From Somniosus microcephalus (lineage: Eukaryota): a stretch of 64,000 nt of DNA. The stretch lies in the NCBI GenBank assembly GCA_052327205.1, contig CM126202.1:444168001-444232000 (forward strand), given 5' to 3'. Numbering within the stretch: the first letter of the stretch is position 1; each line of letters opens with the position of its first letter. The translations under genes were made by a program, and so were the position numbers. Below the pieces are notes generated by a model. It searched no databases. It had not been told where the DNA came from and worked only from the letters and a program-made list of their open reading frames with translations. This document shows, piece after piece, positions 58,075 to 64,000 of the stretch.

Positions 58075-59170
58075 CATAGAATCATAGAATGATACCGCAC
58101 AGAAGGAGGCCATTCGGCACATCGTGCCTGTGCCGGCTCTTTTGGCAAGCTCTCCAATTAATCCCATTCTCCTGCTCTTTCCCCATAACCCTCTAATCGT
58201 ATTCCCCTTCAAGTATTTATCCAATTCTCTTTTGAATCTTACTATTGAATCTGCTTCCACCGCCCTTTCAGTCAGCGGATTCCAGATCACGACAACTCGC
58301 CGCGTAAAAATAATGGCCTAGAAATTGGGTATAGCCCCGCCAGCTCGTTTGCGCCGAAAATTTTGCGCTGGCCGCGGAGCCAGTTGCGCCCGTCCCATAT
58401 TCATTTTAGCGCCCCAAGGCGGAACCGGGCGCTGTTCCAGGGTGTGCCCGCCCCCGCTTGGGGCGCTGAAAGTGAATTTCAGCGCTCCCGGTGCCGCTGC
58501 GCCACCCGATGCGATGCGGCAGGCTGCTGTACTGCAGGCCTCCTCCTTCTCTTAAGGAGGAGGTGCCTGCAACGGCCGGAGCCCCGATCGCGAGTGCCGG
58601 CAAAAGAGCCCGGCACAACGGAGAAGTGCCGGGCTCCACGGAAACCAGCCGGCAATGCTGCGGGGGGGGTGGAGGAGGCCGGGGAAGGAGGTGCGGGCAG
58701 GCGGCCGCCGAAAAAGCGGCCGGCCGCACCTCCACCTTAAAGCGCCCCGCTAAGGCTGCAGTAAGGACCCGGTCTCCCGATGTTGTTAGCGGCCGCCACG
58801 GAGGAGGCGGCGGCAACTGAAGATGGGGTTCGGGGTGGTATCGGGGCGGCACCGGGGCACTGCGCACACCGATGACGTCACCGGTGCCGGCGCAGCGCTA
58901 CCGGCTACCGCCGCCATTACCGCGGCTCTCAAAATCAGCGCTACCACCCCTACTGGCGCAGAAGCCCTCTTTGGGCTGTAACTGGGCGCAAAGCCCACCG
59001 AATTTCTAGGCCAATGTTTCCTCATGTCGCCTCTGGTTCTTTTGCCAATCACCTTAAATCTGTGTCCTTTGGTTGCCGACCCTTCTGCCACTGGAAACAG
59101 TTTCTCCTTATTTACGCTATCAAAACCGTTCATGATTTTGAACACCTTTCTTAAATTTCCTTTTAACCTT
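58075..59170 (-). mobile_element. CR1 3' fragment split by a GC-rich MITE
   Basis: FKIMNGFDSVNKEKLFPVAEGSATKGHRFKVIGKRTRGDMRKH | IWNPLTERAVEADS...; (ATTCTATG)n tail. Confidence 0.88.
58315..59012. mobile_element. GC/CpG-rich Harbinger-type MITE
   Basis: TIR GGCCTAGAAATT / AATTTCTAGGCC; AAT TSD (58312-58314, 59013-59015); removing it restores the CR1 sequence. Confidence 0.9.
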
Positions 59171-59174
59171 CTAG

Positions 59175-59799
59175 TGTGGCAGTTCCACCAGGTGTCACTT
59201 ACACATATAATGTATATAATTCACTTTAACCTAACTGTACGTGTATTACTTACCTGTTTGGGCCGTTGCCCCTTTAACTTACCTGTGGGGGCCGTTGCCC
59301 CTTTAAGACGCGCCCTAGCGCGCTGACATCACGTCACGCATTACGCGACGTACGCGCGGCGGCCGCCAGGCCGACTTGGCCTTCCATGATGGCCGCCGGC
59401 ACAGCCCGGCCTCCAGCTCCTGCTCCCGCTGTCGCGACTTCGGCCTCAACGGTCAGCCTCCGCACCGGGTGAACGCGCCGACGTATCGGTGCGGGTCACA
59501 TGACCGCCCCAAGCGCGGGCCAACGCGCTAACGTCAGGATGTGGTCACGTGACACCCGAAGAGCGGGAAAACGCGACTGAGCGTGATGACGTCATCACGC
59601 TCTCCCGAGGACTACGGACTCAGTCCTCGTGGAGTCCCCATCGGGGCAAGACCTACATCGCGGTGTTCCTGCATCCAGCCAGCTTACCTGTTGTATTTCG
59701 TCTGTTCAAGTGATTAAGCAACTTATTTATCGTTCATCTGAAGTTAAACTTAATTATTTAGTAGGCATTCGCCCTCAGAGGTCAACACGAATACCTACA
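59175..59799. mobile_element. Probable 625-bp CpG-rich solo LTR
   Basis: TGTGG...CTACA termini with CTAG direct repeats (59171-59174, 59800-59803); no second copy in the window. Confidence 0.6.
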
Positions 59800-59804
59800 C
59801 TAGC

Positions 59805-60385
59805 ACATAAGACATAACATAAGAACATAAGACGTAGAAACATAGAAACATTGAAGATAGGAGCAGGAGTAAGCCATTCGGCCCCTCAAGACTGCTCCGC
59901 CATTCAATGAGATAATGGCTGATCATCCAAACTCAGTACCCTGTGCCTATAGAAGCAGGAGTAGGCCATTCGGCCCCTCAAGGCTGCTCCGCCATTCAAT
60001 GAGATCATGGCTGATCATCCAAACTCAGTACCCTGTGCCTATAGAAGCAGGAGTAGGTCATTTGGCCCCTCGAGCCTGCTCCGCCATTCAATAAGATCAT
60101 GGCTGATCTGATCTTGGCCTCAACTCCACTTCCCTGCCTGCTCCCCATAACCCTTGACTCCCTTATCGTTCAAAAATCTGTCTATCTCCACCTTAAATAT
60201 ATTCACTGACCCAGCCTCCACAGCTCTCTGGGGAAGAGAATTCCAAAGATTCATGATCCTCTGACAGAAGAAATTCCTCCTCATTTCCGATTTAAAAGGG
60301 TGCCCCCTTATTCTGAAATGATGCCCCCTAGTTCTAGATTACCCCACAAGGGGAAACATCCTCTCTGCATCTACCCTGTTAAGTC
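59805..60385 (-). mobile_element. CR1 3' end with tandemly reiterated 3' UTR
   Basis: Three successive copies of GCAGGAGTAGGCCATTCGGCCCCTC...GCTCCGCCATTCAAT...ATGGCTGATC about 92 bp apart. Confidence 0.85.
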
Positions 60386-60430
60386 TAGTAAATCTCTTCT
60401 ACACCCTCTCTAAGGCCTTGACATCCTTCC

Positions 60431-62172
60431 AATTAAATACATACTTTGGTTCTGTCTTCACAAAGGAGGACACAAATAACCTCCCAAAGATGTCGGGGAA
60501 CATAGGGTCTAATGAAAGGGAAGAACTGATAGAAATCAATATTTGTAGGGAAATGGTGTTAGGGAAATTGATGGGATTGAGGGCCGATAAATCCCCAGGG
60601 TCTGATAATTTACATCCTAGGGTACTTAAGGAAGTGGCCCTAGAAATAATAGATGCATTGCCGGTCATCTTCCAAAATTCGATAGACTCTGGAACAGTAC
60701 CCATGGATTGGAGGGTAGCTAACGTTACCCCACTGTTCAAAAAGGGTGGTAGAGAGAAAACGGGGAATTACAGACCGGTAAGCCTGGCATCGGTAGTGGG
60801 GAAAATGCTAGAGTCCATTATAAAGGATGTAATAGCAGAGCACTTGGAAAAAAGAGACCGGATCGGACAAAGTCAACATGGATTTACAAAAGGTAAACCG
60901 TGCTTGACTAATCTACTGGAATTTTTTGAGGATGTAACTGGTAAAATAAATAAGGGAGAACCAGTGGATGTGGTGTATTTGGATTTTCAAAAGGCTTTCG
61001 GTAAAGTCCCGCATAAGAGATTAGCGTGTAAAATTACGGCACATGGGATTGGGGGCAAGGTATTGACTTGGATAGAGAACTGGTTGGCAGACAGAAAGCA
61101 AAGAGTTGGAATAAACGTCTCTTTTTCCAAGTGGCAGGCAGTGACTAGTGGGGTACCGCAGGGATCGGTCCTTGGACCCCAGCTATTCACAATATATATT
61201 AATGATCTGGACGAGGGAACTAGATGTAATATCTCCAAGTTTGCAGACGACACAAAGCTGGGTGGGCATGTGTGCTGTGAGGAGGATGCCGAGAAACTCC
61301 AGTATGATTTGGAAAGGTTGGGTGATTGGGCAGAAGCATGGCAGATGCAATATAACGTGGATAAATGCGAGGTTATCCACTTTGGTGGCAAAAACAGGAA
61401 GGCAGATTATTATCTGAATGGCAATAGATTGGGAGAAGGGGAAGTGCAACGAGACATAGGCGTCCTTGTGCACCAATCGCTGAAAGTAAGCATGCAGGTG
61501 CAGCAGGCGGTTAAGAAGGCAAATGGTATGTTGGCCTTCGTAGCGAGAGGGTTTGAGTACAGGAACAAGGATGTCTTGCTGCAGTTGTACAGGGCCTTGG
61601 TGAGACCACATCTTGAGTATTGTGTGCAGTTTTGGTCGCCTTATCTGAGGAAGGATGTTCTTGCCATGGAAGGAGTGCAGCAAAGATTCACCAGGCTGAT
61701 ACCTGGGATGGCAGGAAAGACGTATGAGAAGAGATTGGGTCGATTAGGCTTGTACTCGCTGGAGTTTAGAAGAATGAGAGGGGATCTCATCAAAACTTAT
61801 AAAGTTCTAACAGGACTAGACAGACTAGGTGCAGGAAGGATGTTCCCAATGGCGGGGGAGTCCAGAACCAGGGATCACAATCTAAGGATAAGGGGTAAGC
61901 CATTTAGGACTGAGATGAGGAGGAATTTCTTCACCCAGAGAGTGGTGAACCTGTGGAATTCTCTACCAAAGAAGGCAGTAGAGGCCAATTCATTAAATAT
62001 ATTCAAGAAGGAGTTGGATATATTTCTTAAGGCTAAAGGGATCAAAGGATATGGAGAGAAGGCAGGAACAGGATACTGAATTTGGATGATCAGCCATGAT
62101 CTCATTGAATGGCAGAGCAGGCTCGAGGGGCCGAATGGCCTACTCCTGCTCCTATCTTCTATGTTTCTATGT
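60431..62172 (+). mobile_element. 5'-truncated CR1 with stop-free RT frame (to 62079)
   Basis: NYRPVSL, LDFQKAF, GVPQGSVLGP, FADD; same subfamily as 10105-12568; inserted in an older - strand CR1 whose parts lie at 60399-60430 and 62173-62885. Confidence 0.96.
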
Positions 62173-62885
62173 TTCCTAAATTTTGGTGTCCAGAATTGAA
62201 ACCAATACTCCAGCTGAGGCCTAACCAGTGCTTTATAAAGGTTTAGCATAACTTCCTTGATTTTGTACTGTGCATCTATTAATAAAGCCAAGGATCCTGC
62301 ATGCTTGTTTAACAGCCTTCTCAGCTTGTCCTGCCACCTTCAAAGATTTGTCTACATACACCCCAGGTCTCTCTGTTCCTGCACCTCCTTTATAATTATA
62401 CCATTTAGTTCTTCTTGCCTCTCCTCATTCTTCCTACAAAAATGTATCATTTTGAACTTCTATGCATTAAACTGCATCTGCCATGTGTCTGCCCACTTCA
62501 TCCATCTGTTTATGTCATCCTGAAGTCTGTTACTCTTCGCCTTATTGTTTTTTTTTACATTTTTGAGTTCTGTATCATCTGCAAACTTTGAAATTATGTC
62601 CTGTACACCAAAGTCCAGGTCATTAATATATATCAAAAAGGGCAGTGGTCCTAATTCTGGCCCCTGGGGAACACTTCTGCACACTTCCCTCCAATCTGAA
62701 AAACCACCATTCACCGCTACTCTCTGCTTTCTGTCCCTTAACCAATTTTGTCTCCATGCTGCCACTGTCCCTTTAATTCCATGGGCTTTAATTTTGCTAA
62801 CAAGGCTATTATGTGGTACTTTATCAAACGCCTTTTGAAAGTCCATATACACATCAATCAACCGCACTACCCTCATCAACCCTCT
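62173..62885 (-). mobile_element. Older CR1 RT fragment
   Basis: DVYMDFQKAFDKVPH...VPQG...KFADDT (62460..62879); LYKALVRPQLEY. Confidence 0.9.
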
Positions 62886-64000
62886 CCATTATTTCAACAT
62901 TTCAAATATGTTTGGAATCAAGATTTATTACGACTTCCAAATAAATTTGGAATACTTTGCTTCAGTTTAGTCAAGTCAAGTTTCCACAGAACATTGGTAT
63001 TTGTTATGAGTCCTAATTGTTAATTTTAATAACATTTTTTATTAAACTTTTGGACCACAATGTCTCCTACTCATTAAATAGCATCGTTAATGATCTATTG
63101 GAAACTGGCTTTCTGTAGAATTGTTAGAGTCGACATAAAACAACAGGAGTAGCAGAAACGTAACAAATCCCTCCGTTACTTAATATTCTTTGTTCTTTAA
63201 GTTCTGCAAGTGTCCATTCCACCACTTTACATTTAGAGGAACAGCCATTAATTTCACGGAGGTCAACCGAACCAAGCCGAACAATTCCGCAGTTCTAAAC
63301 AATCTTCCCTCGCTCATTTTTGGCGTCCCATTTTTAATTTATTTCCTCTCAATACCTGGCCACGAGGACTGACAGGCGGCCAAGTATCTGCCAATGAGAA
63401 CGGCTGAACATTACTTGCTCTTTGGTTTTCCCTCTCCTCCATGACAGCACGGCAAAGTCTGGAATTCACTGCATGGTGAACCAAGGGCACAGGCCCACAC
63501 CCTGCTATTTACTTCATGGCCCAGAAAATGGAGGCAAACAATGTACCGCACCTCAACAATAGCTTCTTAAAGAGACCAGGAAACAACAGATGAACCTAAT
63601 CATCCCAACCTGCAGTATCTTGTTTTATATTTTGAGTGCATTCGATGGGCCGGATGGCCTCCTTCTGCGCCGTACTATTCTATGATTCTATGATTGTCTT
63701 TTAACGTCAGTTCAGTCTCTCTTTTTCTCTTCTTACAGCTCAAGTGTCGGCTGTGGCTCAGTGGGCAGCACTCTCTAGGTGGGAGGGGCTAGGAGTGAGC
63801 CAGGTGTGACTGGTTGCCTGATTGCAGCTGGGTGTTGGAGGGAGTTTTGTAAAAAGTTGGTGGTGGGTTTTGGGGTTTTGTTTTCAGGTTTTAGGGCCTT
63901 TTTGGCCCACAAAAAACAGCCAGATGGCTGCTGAGGGGTCCGGAGGGCCGGGCCCCTCAGAGGACAATATTCCCGAGAGGAATTTAATTAGGGAAGAAAC

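Noticed and set aside
58325-59145. GC-rich ORFs suggesting a host first exon or promoter
   Set aside because: They lie within a TIR/TSD-bounded MITE that interrupts a CR1; high GC explains the lack of stops.
60418-62079. Intact 553-aa RT gene as an autonomous or domesticated ORF
   Set aside because: Lacks the APE domain and a real start; the listed start is a TTG in flanking older CR1 sequence. Ordinary 5'-truncated copy.

Overview
Eukaryotic, transposon-saturated window with no host protein-coding exon that I can support. The repeat set (CR1 and L2 LINEs, Deu-domain and V-domain tRNA-SINEs, Penelope-like elements, two-gene Harbingers) points to a cartilaginous fish such as a shark (inference). 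Main contents: two full-length but defective Mag-like Ty3/Gypsy LTR retrotransposons (5188-10104 +, 22099-27172 -); several CR1 copies; Penelope-like (RT + GIY-YIG) fragments whose pseudo-LTRs carry recognisable minimal hammerhead ribozymes, with covariation between copies; a degenerate two-gene Harbinger plus deletion derivatives and MITEs with AAT/ATT target duplications; a non-autonomous Helitron; solo LTRs; and a 35-bp minisatellite. The most notable structures are a 242-bp non-coding insertion made of two inverted ribozyme-bearing pseudo-LTR halves with its own 14-bp TSD, a six-element nested cluster (4074-14060) whose insertion order can be read from the junctions, and two Penelope insertions into the same CR1 3'-UTR motif. 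No prokaryotic features, CRISPR arrays, rRNA or true tRNA genes were seen. Family names come from motif recognition, not database searches, and boundaries of degenerate fragments are approximate.
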